Of a stretch of DNA of 64,000 nucleotides, positions 1-13,040 are shown in pieces. The notes beneath the pieces are model-generated. The model searched no databases. It was not told where the DNA came from and saw nothing but the letters and a program-made list of their open reading frames with translations. Position 1 is the first letter of the stretch; each line of letters opens with the position of its first letter. A program made the position numbers and the translations under genes. The stretch comes from Mobula birostris (Eukaryota): positions 83,172,569 to 83,236,568 of the forward strand of contig NC_092377.1 in assembly GCF_030028105.1 (NCBI RefSeq), read 5' to 3'.

Positions 1-60
1 TGGAAAAGAGTACAGTCAACGTTTCAGGCCGAGACCCTTCAGCAGGGTTGGAGAAAAAAA
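1..60 (-). mobile_element. Penelope terminal-repeat fragment with hammerhead-like core
   Basis: Minus strand reads CTGCTGA-AGGGTCTCGGCCT-GAAACGTT-GACTG; same family as 560-680. Confidence 0.6.
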
Positions 61-559
61 GATGACAAGTTGCTTTAAAAGGTTACCAAAGCTATTCTTG
101 TCCTGAAGCACTACTGGATCTTTATGAGGGAGAAAATATCTATGGACATCTGGAGACGACAGTCAACATAATATTTGTAACCTAAAGAACAGATGGAATG
201 TAGAAAGAGCACAGAAGTTCCAGGAATTACTCAATAGCAATTTTGAGCTTAGATTGTTCAGTGCTACCAAAGACATCAACAAGCCAATTTACAAAGAGGC
301 CAAAGAAACCAAGGCATAGAAGGGAGGATAGATTATCAAGGATAGGGAGCCAGGCAGCATTTTCTGGTAGAGCAATACAAAGATCTCCACAACTAAGATT
401 CTTACTCTGACAAGCATGTCCCTGGCTCTATCCCACAGCACACAATCCAATTCAATCTTTCATAGCCAAAGAAGAAGATAAGAAGGCCATTCAACAACTG
501 CAAGACAACAAGGTAGAAACAGCTGGTAAAACCCATGCTCAAGTACTGAAATATGGCAG

Positions 560-1600
560 AGAAATATTCTGGAGCTAAGCACAAATACAATATGCTGGTA
601 GAATTCAGCAGGCCAGGCAGCATCTATGGAAAAGAGCAAACAATTAATGTTTTGGGCCGAGACCCTTCATCAGGACTGGAGAAAAAGGTTGAGAAGTCAG
701 GATAAGAAGGTGGGGGAGGAGAGGAAGAAGTACAAGGTGGCAGGTGATAGGTGAAACTGGGAGAGGGGAAGGGGAGAAGTAGAAAGTTGGGAAGTTAGTT
801 GGTGAAAGAGATAAAGGGCCGGACAAGGGAAAATTTGATGGGAGAGGACAGAAGGCCAAGGAAGAAAGGGACGGGGAATAACCAGGGGGAGGTGATGGCT
901 GGTAGGGTGATAAGGTGAGAGAGGGAAATGGGAATGGGGAATGCTGAAGGAGAGAGGTGAAGCCATTACCAGAAGTTCAAGAAATTGATATTCATGCCAT
1001 CAGGTTGGAGACTACCCAGATGGAATATAAGGTGTTGCTCCTCCATTGTGAGTGTGGCCTCATTGCAGCAGTAGAAACAAAGAGCTTTGAGGCCTTCCTG
1101 ATGGGGGATGGCGGTGTAAAGGAACTAGACATCCAGAGTGAAAATAAGATGATCTGGGCCAGAGAACTTGAAATCATTGAAATGATCGGGAGCATGTGAA
1201 GTGCTGCAGATGTAGATGGGTAGAGACTGAACTAGGGGGGATAAAACTGAGTTGAGGTATGCAGATATAAGTTCAGTGGGGCAGGAACAAGCAGAAACAA
1301 TGGGTCTACCGGGACAGGCAGGTTTGTGGATCTTGGGTAGGAGGTAGAAATGGGGGGTGCTGGGTAAGGGAACTATGAGGTTGGTAGCAGGAAATGGGGG
1401 ATTCCTAGAGATGATAAGGTCAGTGATGGTGTGGGAGAAAATGGTTTGGTGCTCCTTAGTGGGTTTCTTCTCTTGGGGTAAGTAAGAGGAGGTGTCTGAC
1501 AGTCGTCACCTGGTCTCGGCATGGTAGTGGTCAGTCTGACAGATTACTACAGCACCCCATTTATCTGCGGATTTGATGATGAGGTTAGGATTTTTGCAGA
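560..1600 (-). mobile_element. Internally deleted Penelope-like element
   Basis: Terminal repeat and purine-rich spacer, then the GIY-YIG C-terminal end (960-1070) fused directly to RT pieces (FSLWMSS; NPNLIIKSADKWGAVV). Homologous to 4876-6765. Confidence 0.8.
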
Positions 1601-1830
1601 GAGAGCGGTTTCTGGAGCAAATGCAGGATTTTGTCTCCAACACCAGGGAAGAGCAGAGCAGGCTAGGGCATAAAGAAAACACAGTAATCATGACTACATT
1701 CAAGAAAGAAGACAAGTATGATCGCAGTAATTACAGAGGGGGTGATACTAGGATCCTCCTCAACTATCTCCTCCCTGTCACAATGTATATTTCATCTATT
1801 AGGAAGCACAGGAGTGGAGGTTCACCACTT
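1600..1830 (+). mobile_element. Degenerate RTE-clade LINE fragment
   Basis: TTFKKEDKYDRSNYRG resembles the pre-RT motif xFKKGDxxDCxNYRGI. Confidence 0.45.
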
Positions 1831-2399
1831 TACAAACCCAAGAAAAGTGAAAGGAGTGATTGCAACCTCTGTAAGTGGGCTTTATCAATTCCACAAAAGC
1901 ATTCAATTACCTTAATGCAAAAGGTTTGTGCAGAATACATGTCATATTTAGCTGTCCTCATAAATTTGTTATCTTTCCATGCCTGGTACATGTATAGGGA
2001 CTGTGAATGAGCCACACAGAAACTGGAGGTGAGATGTAACAGGTCTTTATTCGGTACAGGCCAATGTGCAGGAAAACTATGCATTGTAGCACACAGCTAC
2101 AAGTGAGGGCAGCTTGGAAAGAATGTTCTGCTTCTCCTCTGGAGAGAAGGTTTTATTGATGTCATTGATAAATATAGTGGGTAACTGAGTCATCAGATAT
2201 TTGAGCCTGCCATTCCAGTAGACACAGCTGCGCATAACTTCTCCTTCTAGTATTTCTGTATTAATTTCAATAACAGGAGCTTGCTCCCTTCCCACACTTA
2301 GTGTTAGTTTACAAGACTGTTCTACATTTACAAGTGAGTACAGCTTATTGCACTGCAATAGTTTGAAAGTTGCTTCTTTCTTGTATTAATGGCTACTAC

Positions 2400-3165
2400 A
2401 TCAGAATCAGAATCAGGCTTAATTTTACTGGCATATGTGCAAAGAGAGAGAAAACTACAGTGAGACAGCGGTCATAGGTTCAATGTCCATTTAGAAATCT
2501 GATGGCAGAGAGTAAGAAGCTGTTCCTGAAATGTTGAGTGCATGTCTTCAGCCTTCTGTACTGTCTTCTTGATGGTAGCAATGAGGAGAGGGTGTGTCCT
2601 GTATGATAGGAGTCCTTAATGATGGGTGCCACCTTTTTGAGGCTTCACCTTTAGAAGGTGTCCTCAACGCTAGGATGGATCTGACTAAGTTTACAGATTT
2701 CCGAAGTGTTTTCTGATCTTGTGCAGTGTCCCCTCCATGTCAGACGATGCAACCAGTTTGAATGCTCTCCACAATATATCTGTAGAAATTTGTGAGAGTC
2801 TTTGATGAAATATCAAGTCACCTCAGATTCCTAATGAAATATCATGCCTTCTTTGTAATTGCATCAATATGTTGGGCCCAGTATGTATCGATACTCAAGG
2901 ATGTTGACACCCAAGAACTGGAAAATGCCCATCCTTTCCACTGCTGATCCCTTGATAAGGACTGGTATATGTTCCCTTGGCTTTCCCTTCCTGAAGTCCG
3001 CTATCAATTCCTTGGTCTTACTGACATTGAGTGTAAGGTTGTTGTTGCCACACAACTCAGCCAGCTGCTCTACCTTGATCATGTCCGCCTCCTTGTCACC
3101 ATCTGAAATTCTGCCAACAATAGTTTTCTCATTGGCAAATCTATAGACGGCATTTGATCTGTGCC
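2400..3165 (-). mobile_element. Rex1/Babar-type LINE 3' fragment
   Basis: NNNLTLNVSKTKELIADFRK...FQFLGVNI (RT C-terminus); (ATTCTG)n tail at 2400-2416. Confidence 0.75.
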
Positions 3166-3754
3166 TAGCATATGTGATATGCGCTAATTGTGCTCATTGG
3201 GAGCCCATAGGTATGAAAGAATGTTGTGAACCTAGAGTGACTGGCCTCAACAACACACACAAAATGCTGGAGGAACTTAGCAGACCAGACAGGAACTATG
3301 GAAAAGAGTATTGCTGATGTTTCTGGCCAAAACCCTTCGGCAGGACTGAAGTCCTATCTTTTTCTCCACCACAGACCCAATCCCTGAGCAGAGAGGGGTC
3401 AACCAAAACTGTGCCATTGCATCCATCTTTTTCTCAGTCTTTCTCACAGTGATATTCCATCTGAGCTCTATGCACTTATGTATGTACATGTTTGGCAACA
3501 GACCTCCAAGCCAACGTTGATTTTTCCACTAAAGCATATGAGACTATGCGCCTCATACTAAATATCTGGAACCCAAAAAGTCCTCCACAATTTGCTTAAC
3601 GCTGTCCCTTAGCAATCAATACTGTATCCATATCTTCGGTGTAAATGATAATTTAAAAAACTGCACTTAATATTAGTCTGAGATAGAAACAGCCCACCAA
3701 GTTCACACCGATCATCAACCCCCCATTTACACCAGTAGCCTCATTTCATTCTTA

Positions 3755-4275
3755 AAGTCAACGTCAATTTATTACCTAATGGTGTAAATGTCACCCTATA
3801 CTTGAGATTTATTTTCTTGCAGCCATTTATGGGAGAATGTAATAGATTCTATGAAAAACTATACATAAACAAAATTACAAACCACCAATGTGCAAAGAAG
3901 ATAAAATATTAAAATAAAAATTAAATAAATAATACTGAGAAGATGAATTGTGAAATCTTTGAAAGTGAGTCTGTAGGTTGTGGAATCAGTTCAAAGTTGA
4001 GGTGAGTGAAGTTATCCATGCTGGTTCAGGAGTTAATGGTTGCAGAGTGATAAGTATTCCTAACCCTGGTGGTGTGGGACCCAAGTTTCCTTTACCTCTC
4101 GCACAATGGTAGTAGTGAGAAGAGAGCATGGTCTGGATGCTGAAGGTCCTTGATGATGGATGCTGTGTCCCTGTGACAGCACTCCTTGCAATTTTGCTTA
4201 ATAATGCCTGTGATGCACTGGGCTATATCAACAACTTTCAGTAAATTTTTCTGTTCTTGGGCATTGATTTGCACA
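3755..4275 (-). mobile_element. Rex1/Babar-type LINE 3' fragment
   Basis: SIIKDLQHPDHALFSLLP motif plus 3' UTR. Confidence 0.65.
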
Positions 4276-4523
4276 ATCATGGATAAGGTTTAATCCTGAT
4301 CACAGTAAAATGCTTCCTCTGGTGTACCATAGATTCTTAGTTTCTAGGCATATGATTCCTTAGCAGAATCATGGGCAAGGAATATTATCCAAATTACCGA
4401 GGAGCTGAATGACCTCCTCCATACTAGAAGGACCCAGCCTCCTGTTCTGTTGTTTTTTTAAAAACATATACATATATAGTTTCATTCCTTAGGGTTCAAT
4501 GTTACTCTCCACTGCCACTGTAC

Positions 4524-4810
4524 TTCTCTCAATCGCAGGACTCTGCAGAGAGTGGTGCAGACAGCCCAGCGCATCTGTAGATGTGAACTCCCCACTACTC
4601 AGGACATTTACAGAGACAGATGTGTAAAAAGGGCCCATAGAATCATTGGGGACCTGAGTCACACCAGCCACAAACTGTTCTGGCTGCTACCATCTGGGAA
4701 ACGGTACCACAGTATAAAAGCCAGGACGAACAGGTTCTGGGACAGTTTCTTCCACCAGGCCATCAGACTGATTAATTTACACTGATACAATTGTACTTCT
4801 ATGTTATATT
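4524..4810 (+). mobile_element. Rex1/Babar-type LINE 3' fragment
   Basis: IIGDLSHTSHKLFWLLPSGKRY...SFFHQAIRLIN; near-identical to 37380-37545. Confidence 0.75.
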
Positions 4811-4859
4811 AAGAGAGAGAAAGAATGTGTGTATATAAATAAATAACGGATCCGGTACA

Positions 4860-6765
4860 AGGGGGAGGTGGGGCATTAGCGGAAGTTAGAGAAGTCGATG
4901 TTCATGCCATCAGGTTGGAGGCTACCCAGACAGAATATAAGGTGTTGTTCTTCCAACCTGAGTGTGGCTTCATCTTTACAGTAGAGGAGGCCATGGATAG
5001 ACATATCAGAATGGGAATCGGACATGGAATTAAAATGTGTGGCCACTGGGAGATCCTGCTTTCTCTGGTGGACAGAGGTTAGGTGTTCAGCAAAATGATC
5101 TCCCAGTCTGCGTCGGGTCTCGCCAATATATAAAAGGCCACATCGGGAGCACCGGACGCAGTATATCACCCCAGCCAACTCACAGGTGAAGTATCGCCTC
5201 ACTTGGAAGGACTGTCTGAGGCCCTGAATGGTGGTAAGGGAGGAAGTGTAAGGGCATGTGTAGCACTTTTTCCACTTACAAGGATAAGTGCCAGGAGGGA
5301 GATTGGTGGGGAGGGATGGGGGGGGATGAATGGATAAGGGAGTCGCGTAGGGAGCAATCCCTGCGAAAAGCATTGGGGGGGAGGGAAAGATGTGCTTAGT
5401 GGTGGGATCCCGTTGGAGGTGGCGGAAGTTACGGAGAATAATATGTTGGACCCGGAGGCTGGTGGGGTGGTAGGTGAGGACAAGGGGGACCCTATCCCTA
5501 GTGGGGTAGCGGGAGGATGGAGTGAGTGCAGATGTGCGTGAAATGGGGGAGATGCGTTTGAGAGCAGAGTTGATGGTGGAGGGAAGGAAGCCCCTTTCTT
5601 TAAAAAAGGAGGACATCTCCCTCGTCCTGGAATGAAAAGCCTCATCCTGAGAGCAGATGTGGCAGAGACGGAGGAATTGCGAGAAGGGGATGGCATTTTT
5701 GCAAGAGACAGGGTGAGAAGAGGAATAGTCCAGATAGCTGTGAGAGTCAGTAGGCTTATAGTAGACATCAGTAGATAAGCTGTCTCCAGAGAGAGAGAGA
5801 CAGAAAGATCTAGAAAGGGGAGGGAGGCGTCGGAAATGGACCAGGTAAACTTGTGGGCAGGGTGAAAGTTGGAGGCAAAGTTAATGAAGTCAACGAGCTC
5901 AGCATGCGTGCAGGAAGCAGCGCCAATGCAGTCGTCGAGGTAGCGAAGGAAAAATGGTGGACAGATACCAGAATAGGTTTGGAACATAGATTGTTCCACA
6001 AAGCCAACAAAAAGGCAGGCATAGCTAGGACCCATATGGGTGCCCATAGCTACACCTTTACTTTGGAGGAAGTGGGAGGAGCCAAAGGAGAAATTATTAA
6101 GAGTAAGGACTAATTCCGCCAGATGGAGCAGAGTGGTGGTAGAGGGGAACTGGTTAGGTCTGGAATCCAAAAAGAAGCGGAGAGCTTTGAGACCTTCCTG
6201 ATGGGGGACGGAAGTATATAGGGACTGGACATCCATGGTGAAAATAAAGTGGTGGGGGCCAGGAGACTTAAAATCATCGAAAAGAAGTGTCACAAACATA
6301 GGTAGGAAGGGATTGAACAAGGAGAGATAAAAACGTGTCGAGGTATGCAGAAATGAGTTCGGTGGGGCAGGAGCAAGCTGAGACAATAGGTCTGCTAGGA
6401 CAGGCAGGTTTGTGGATCTTGGGTAGGAGGTAGAAACGGGAAGTGCGGGGTGTGGGAACTATAAGGTTGGTAGCAGCGGATGGGAGATCCCCTGAGCGGA
6501 TAAAGTCGGTGATGGTGTGGGAGACAATGGCCTGGTGATCCTTAGTGGGGTCACGATTGAGGGGTAAATAAGAGGAGGTATCCGCTAGTTGTCGCTGTGC
6601 CTCGCCAAGGTAGAGGTCAGTACGCCAGACTACAACAGCACCCCCCTTATTGGCGGGTTTTATAGTAAGGTTAGGATTAGTGCGGAGGGAGTGGAGAGCA
6701 GAGCGTTTGGAAGGAGTAAGGTTGGAATGGGAACAAGGTGCGGTGAAGTCGAGACGGTTGATGTA
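4860..6765 (-). mobile_element. Penelope-like retroelement (RT + GIY-YIG endonuclease), frameshifted
   Basis: ORFs 6274-6780 (IKPANKGGAVVV, FYLLPKIHK), 5199-6386 (MDVQSLYT, GVAMGT, RYLDD) and 4876-5616 (GVIYCVRCSRCGLLYIGET, PVATHF, QPDGMN). Confidence 0.93.
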
Positions 6766-7381
6766 GCTTAAATTCACCACTTCTCATTCGTTACCTCTGT
6801 TTTCTCCGTTGCTCTCTGTCAATTCTACCCCCATTCCTGTCTGAGCCAGGCACAAGCCTTTGCTCCAACACCAATCAGTTTCACCACCTCCTTGATCAAG
6901 GATGGTGGATGAGAACTAGAGTTAAATAGGTTTCAGGTGATGAGCCTGGAACAAGCAGCAGATGAATCCTTTTAGCTGGGCGGAGATTGCAAGGGGGCTA
7001 TATGTGCTGTCTGGGACGTGTCAGTGGGACCATGCCTGATAGATACCATAATGACATTTCAATCTAGGCCTGACCCATTTCATCCATCTTTGTCCCATGG
7101 CCACTTGACTATTAATTATTGCATTTCTGCCTCCATTTTCCACATCATCAATTATGGAGCATCTTATTTCTACTGAGTCAATTAAGTTGACTGAGGCATA
7201 AGATTGATTTCTCCTGACAGTCTAGACATGGACTTTACAGTTCATAGAGGCTTGATGATCATGTCTCACCACATACAGTATGTGTTTTGATTGTCTTAAG
7301 CTTGGTCTTTACTTACCTCTTGCTACTATGATAAAACCATTTTCCTCTGCCAGCTGTTGTGGCCCTGGGTGCGATTAGGGG

Positions 7382-9119
7382 TACCCAGAAGGAGATAGCA
7401 GAGGTACTTAATGAATATTTTGCTTCAGTATTCACTACGGAAAAGGATCTTGGCGATTGTAAGGATTTCTTACAGTGGACTGAAAAGCTTGAGGATGTAG
7501 ATATTAAGAAAGAGGATGTGCTGGAGCTTTTGGAAAGTATCAAGTTGGATAAGTCACCGGGACCAGACGAGATGTACCCTAGGCTACTGTGGGAGGCGAG
7601 GGAAGAGATTGCTGAGCCTCTGGCGATGATCTTTGCATCATCAATGGGGATGGGAGAGGTTCCTGAAGAGTGGAGGGCTGTGCATGTTGTTCCCTTTTTC
7701 AAGAAAGGGAGTAGAGATAGCCCAGGAAATTATAGACCAGTGAGTCTTACTTCAGTGGTTAGTAAGTTGATGGAGAAGATCCTGAGAGGCAGGATTTATG
7801 AACATTTGGAGAGGCATAATATGATTAGCAATAGCCAGCATGGCTTTGTGAAAGGCAGGTCGTGCCTTACGAGCCTGATTCAATTTTTTGAGGATGTGAC
7901 TAAACACATTGATGAAGGTAGAGCCATAGATGTAGTGTATTTGGATTTCAGGAAAGCATTTGATAAGGTACCCCATGCAAGGCTTATTGTCAAAGCAAGG
8001 AGGCATGGGATCCAAGGGGACAATGCTTTGTGGATCCAGAACTAGCTTGCCCACAGAAGGCAAAGAGTGGTTGTAGACGGGTCATAGTCTCCATGGAGGT
8101 TGGTGACCAGTGGTGTGCCTCAGGGATCTGTTCTGGGACCCTTACTCTTGGTGATTTTTATAAATGACCTGGATGAGGAAGTGGGGGGATGGTTTAGTAA
8201 ATTTGCTGATGACACAAAGGTTGGGGGTGTTGTGGATAGTATGGAGGGCTGTCAGAGTTTACAGCAGGACATTGATAGGATGCAAAACTGGACTGAGAAG
8301 TGGCAGATGGCATTCAACCCAGATAAGTGTGAAGTGGTTCATTTTGGTAGATCAAATATAATGCCAGAATATAGTATTAATGGTAAGACTCTTGGCAGTG
8401 TGGAGGATCAGAGGGATCTTGGGGTCCGAGTCCATAGGACACTCAAAGCTGCTATGCAGGTTGACTCTGTGGTTAAGAAGGCTTAGGGTGCATTGGCCTT
8501 CATCAATCATGGGATTGAGTTTAGGAGCCGCGAGGTAATATTGCATCTGTATAGGACCCTGGTCAGACCCCACTTGAGGTACTGTGTTCAGTTCTGGTTG
8601 CCGCACTACAGGAAGGATATGGAAACCATAGAAGAGGTACAGAGGAGATTTACAAGGATGTTGCCTGGATTGAGGGGCATGCCTTATGACAATAGTTTGA
8701 GTGAACTTGGCCTTTTCTCCTTGGAGCGACAGAGGATGAGAAGTGACCTGATAGAGGTGTTTAAGATGATGAGAGGCATTGATCGTGTGGATAGTCAGAA
8801 GCTTTTTCCCAGGGCTGAAATGGCTAACATGAGAGGGCACATTGTTAAGATGCTTGGAAGTAGGTAGAGAGAAGATGTGAGGGGTAGGTTTTTTTACACA
8901 GAGCGTGGTGAGTGCATGGAATGGGCTGCTGGCGACGGTGGTGGAGGCAGATATGACAGGGTCTTTTAAGAGATTCCTGAACAGATATATGGAACTTAGA
9001 AAAATAGAGGGCTATGGGTAACCCTAGGTAATTTCCAAGGTAAGGACATGTTTGGTACAGCTTTGTGGGCCAAAGGACCTGTATTGTGCTGTAGGTTTTC
9101 TACTTTTTCTATGTTTCTA
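7382..9119 (+). mobile_element. CR1 LINE, 5'-truncated, with stop codons
   Basis: KSPGPD, NYRPVSLTS, YLDFRKAFDKVPH, GVPQGSVLGP, KFADD; TTTCTATG tail at ~9100-9119. Confidence 0.95.
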
Positions 9120-9800
9120 GAGATGCCTTAGATGGACTCAACATTCCTTATCTCAAAACAAGCAGATATCTTAATTGTCCTCTGTCTTCCCATGCCAGAT
9201 TAGTTCTTCCTGTGAGTAATCAATGCTAGAGATTCGTACCTGGAATTAAGTCTTCAGAAGCCTCCTTAATGATATCTGCTTAAGCGCTCTCAGAGAACTT
9301 CATGGATCACTAAGTATCTTTGTATATGACAAAGTAACAACCTTCAAATACATTTTCAGACTGAAAACACTGTCTATTCTTCTGTCTGCATTGGATGTTT
9401 TAACCATTGACTACACCAAGCTGGCCTTCCAGGATAGCAGGCCTAGAATATTGGGCTGCCTGGAATCCTGTAAGATGTTTTGCTGAACGTTTACATTGAG
9501 CTCTATCATTTTCTGCTCTTGGGTAGGTACAAATGTAGAACAAAACATATTTTAGAATGTCAGATTATTATTCTGAAGCATAAAGTCTGATTTTCCCTCC
9601 ATAGGTGCTGTCTGACCTACTGAATATTTTCCTGAACGTTGTTACTGTTTTGGAATGCTAACAGTAAGTTAGATATTGAAACCTGATTTTAAAAAGGGGG
9701 TAAGGTGGCACCAGTGACCAACATGACTGATGGCGATGTCCTGTTGACAGCTCACAAAACTACTTCTTCTCCTTCTTCTTTTAAATATTCTTCTACTACC

Positions 9801-10095
9801 GGGGCAGCACGATAGCATAGTGGTTAGCACAATGCTTTACAGTACAGGCGACCTAGGCTCATCTCCCGCCACTGCTTGTAAGGAAATTGTATGCTCTCCC
9901 TGTGTGACCACGTAGGTCTCCTCCAGCTGCTTCAGTTTCATCCCATAATCCAAAGACATACTGGTTGGTAGGTTAAATGGTCATTGTAAATTGTCCTGTG
10001 ATTAGGCTAGGATTACATTGGGGGATGGCTGGGCGGCGCGGCTCAAAGGGCCAGAAGTACGCCATAAATAAATAAACAAACAAATAAATAAATAA
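9801..10095 (+). mobile_element. tRNA-derived SINE (V-SINE/HE1-like)
   Basis: A-box-like TAGCATAGTGG head, V-domain-like core (TCCCA..TCCAAAGAC) and (TAAA)n tail. Confidence 0.75.
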
Positions 10096-10240
10096 TGTGT
10101 GCAATTGGAGCCTATAATTTATATTTTGATAATGGGTTGACTGTACAGTTTGATGCTTAGTCTTCTGCGTGTTATTTGCTCGTTCTTTGACTCTTGCACA
10201 ATTTGTTCTTTTTTTGAGCGTTGGGTGTTTGATGTTTATT

Positions 10241-13040
10241 AGAAACATAGAAACATAGAAAATAGGTGCAGGAGTAGGCCATTCAGCCATTCGAGCCTGC
10301 ACCGTCATTCAGTATGATCATGGCTGATCATCCAACTTAGAACCCTGTACCAGCCTTCTCTCCATACCCCCGATCCCTTTAGCCACAAGGGCCATATGTA
10401 ACTCCCTCTTAAATATAGCCAATGAACTGGCCTCAACTGTTTCCTATGGCAGAGAATTCCACAGATTCACCACTCTCTGTGTGAAGAAGTTTTTCCTCAC
10501 CTCGGTCCTAGAAGGCTTCCCCTTTATCCTCAAACTGTGACCCCTCGTTCTGGACTTCCCCAATATCGGGAACAATCTTCCTGCATCTAGCCTATCCAAT
10601 CCCTTTAGGATTTTATACTTTTCAATAAGATCCCCTCTCAATCTTCTAAATTCCAACAAGTATAAGCCCAGTTCATCCAGTCTTTCTTCATATGAAAGTC
10701 CTGCCATCCCAGGAATCAATCTGGTGAACCTTCTTTGTACTCCCTCTATGGCAAGAATGTCTTTCCTCAGATTAGGGGACCAAAACTGCACACAATACTC
10801 CAGGTGTGGTCTCACCAAGGCCTTGTACCACTGCAGTAGTACCTCCCTGCTCCTGTACTCGATTCCTCTTGCTATGAATGCCAGCATACCATTTGCCTTT
10901 TTCACCGCCTGCTGTACCTGCATGCCCACTTTCAATGACTGGTGTATAATGACACCTAGGTCTCGTTGCACCTCCCCTTTTCCTAATCAGCCACCATTCA
11001 GATAATAATCTGTTTTCCTGTTTTTGCCACCAAAGTGGATAACCTCACATTTATCCACATTAAATTGCATTTGCCATGAATTTGCCCACTCACCTAACCT
11101 ATCCAAGTCACTCTGCATCCTCTTAGCATCCTCCTCACAGCTAACACTGCCACCCAGTTTCGTGTCATCCGCAAACTTGGAGATACTGCATTTAATTCCC
11201 TCGCCTAAGTCATTAATATATATTGTAAACAACTGGGGTCCCAGCACTGAGCCTTGCGGTACCCCACTAGTCACTGCCTGCCATTCTGAAAAGGTCCCAT
11301 TTATTCCCACTCTTTGCTTCCTGTCTGCTAACCAATTCTCTATCCACATCAATATCATACCCCAATACCGTGTGCTTTAAGTTTGCACACTAATCTCCTG
11401 TGTGGGACCTCATCAAAAGCCTTTTGAAAATCCAAATATACCACATCCACTGGTTCTCCCCTATCCACTCTACTAGTTACATCCTCAAAAAATTCTATGA
11501 GATTTGTCAGACATGATTTTCCTTTCACAAATCCATGCTGACTTTGTCCGATGATTTCACCGCTTTCCAAATGTGCTGTTATCACATCTTTGATAACTGA
11601 CTCCAGCATTTTCCCCACCACTGATGTTAGGCTAATCGGTCTATAATTCTCCGGTTTCTCTCTGCCTCCTTTTTTAAAAAGCAGGGTTACATTAGCCACC
11701 CTCCAATCCTCAGGAACTAGTCCAGAATCTAAAGAGTTTTGAAAAATTATCACTACTGCATCCACTATTTCTTGGGCTACTTCCTTAAGCACTCTGGGAT
11801 GCAGACCATCTGGCCCTGGGGATTTATCTGTCTTTAATCCCTTCAATTTACCTAACACCACTTCCCTACTAACATGCATTTCTCTCAGTTCCTCCATCTC
11901 TCTAGACCCTCTGTCCCCTACTATTTCCAGAAGATTATTTATGTCCTCCTTAGTGAAGACAGAACCAAAGTAGTTATTCAATTGGTCTGCCATGTCCTTA
12001 TTCCCCATAATCAATTCACCTGTTTCTGTCTGTAAGGGACCTACATTTGTCTTAACCAATCTTTTTCTTTTCACATACCTATAAAAGCTTTTACAGTCAG
12101 TTTTTATGTTCCCTGCCAGTTTTCTCTCATAATCTTTTTTCCCTTTCCTAATTAAGCCCTTTGTCCTCCTCTGCTGAACTCTGAATTTCTCCCAGTCCTC
12201 AGATGACCCACTTTTTTCGGCTAATTTGTATGTTTCTTCTTTGGAATTGATACTATCCCTAATTTCCCTTGTCAGCCATGGGTGCACTACCTTCCCTGAT
12301 TTATTCTTTTGCCAGACTGAGATGAACAATTGTTGAGGTTCATCCATGCGATCTTTAGATGCTTGCCATTGCATATCCACCGTCAACCCTTTAAGTATCA
12401 TTTGCTAGTCTATCTTAGCTAATTCACGTCTCATACCTTCAAAGTTACCCTTCTTTAAGTTCAGAACCTTTGCTTCTGAATTAACTATATCACTCTCCAT
12501 CTGAATGAAGAATTCCACCACATTATGGTCACTCTTACCCAAGGGGCCTCTCACGATAAGATTGCTAATTAACCCTTCCTCGTTGCTCAGTACCCAGTCT
12601 AGAATGGCCTGCTCTCTAGTTAGTTCCTCGACATGTTGGTTCAAAAAACCATCCCATATACATTCCAAGAAATCCTCTTCCTCAGCACCCTTACCAATTT
12701 GGTTCACCCAATCTATACGTAGATTGAAGTCACCCATTATAACTGCTGTTCTTTTATTGCACGCATCTCTAATTTCCTGTTTAATGCCATCCTCAACCTC
12801 ACTACTACTGTTAGGTGGCCTGTACACAACTCCCACCAGCGTTTTCTGCCCCTTAGTGTTATGCAGCTCTACCCATATCGATGCCACATCCTCCCGGCTA
12901 ATGTCCTTCCTTTCTATTGCGTTAATCTCCTCTCTAACCAGCAATGCTACCCCACCTCCTTTTCTTTCATGTCTATCCCTCCTGAATATCCCTCCATGAA
13001 TGTTGAGCTCCCATCCTTGGTCACCCTGGAGCCATGTCTC
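10241..13040 (-). mobile_element. CR1 LINE ORF2 (APE endonuclease + RT), disrupted
   Basis: GGGVALLV, VYRPP, MGDFN, SDHN (endonuclease); KSPGPDG, YLDFQKAFD, GVPQGSVLGP, KFADD (RT); AGAAACAT tail at 10241. Confidence 0.96.

Noticed and set aside
7308-7325. TACTTACCT resembling the U1 snRNA 5' end
   Set aside because: No further U1 similarity downstream.
9801-9880. tRNA gene (also at 37626-37700)
   Set aside because: The A/B boxes belong to SINE heads that run into V-domain cores; no complete cloverleaf.
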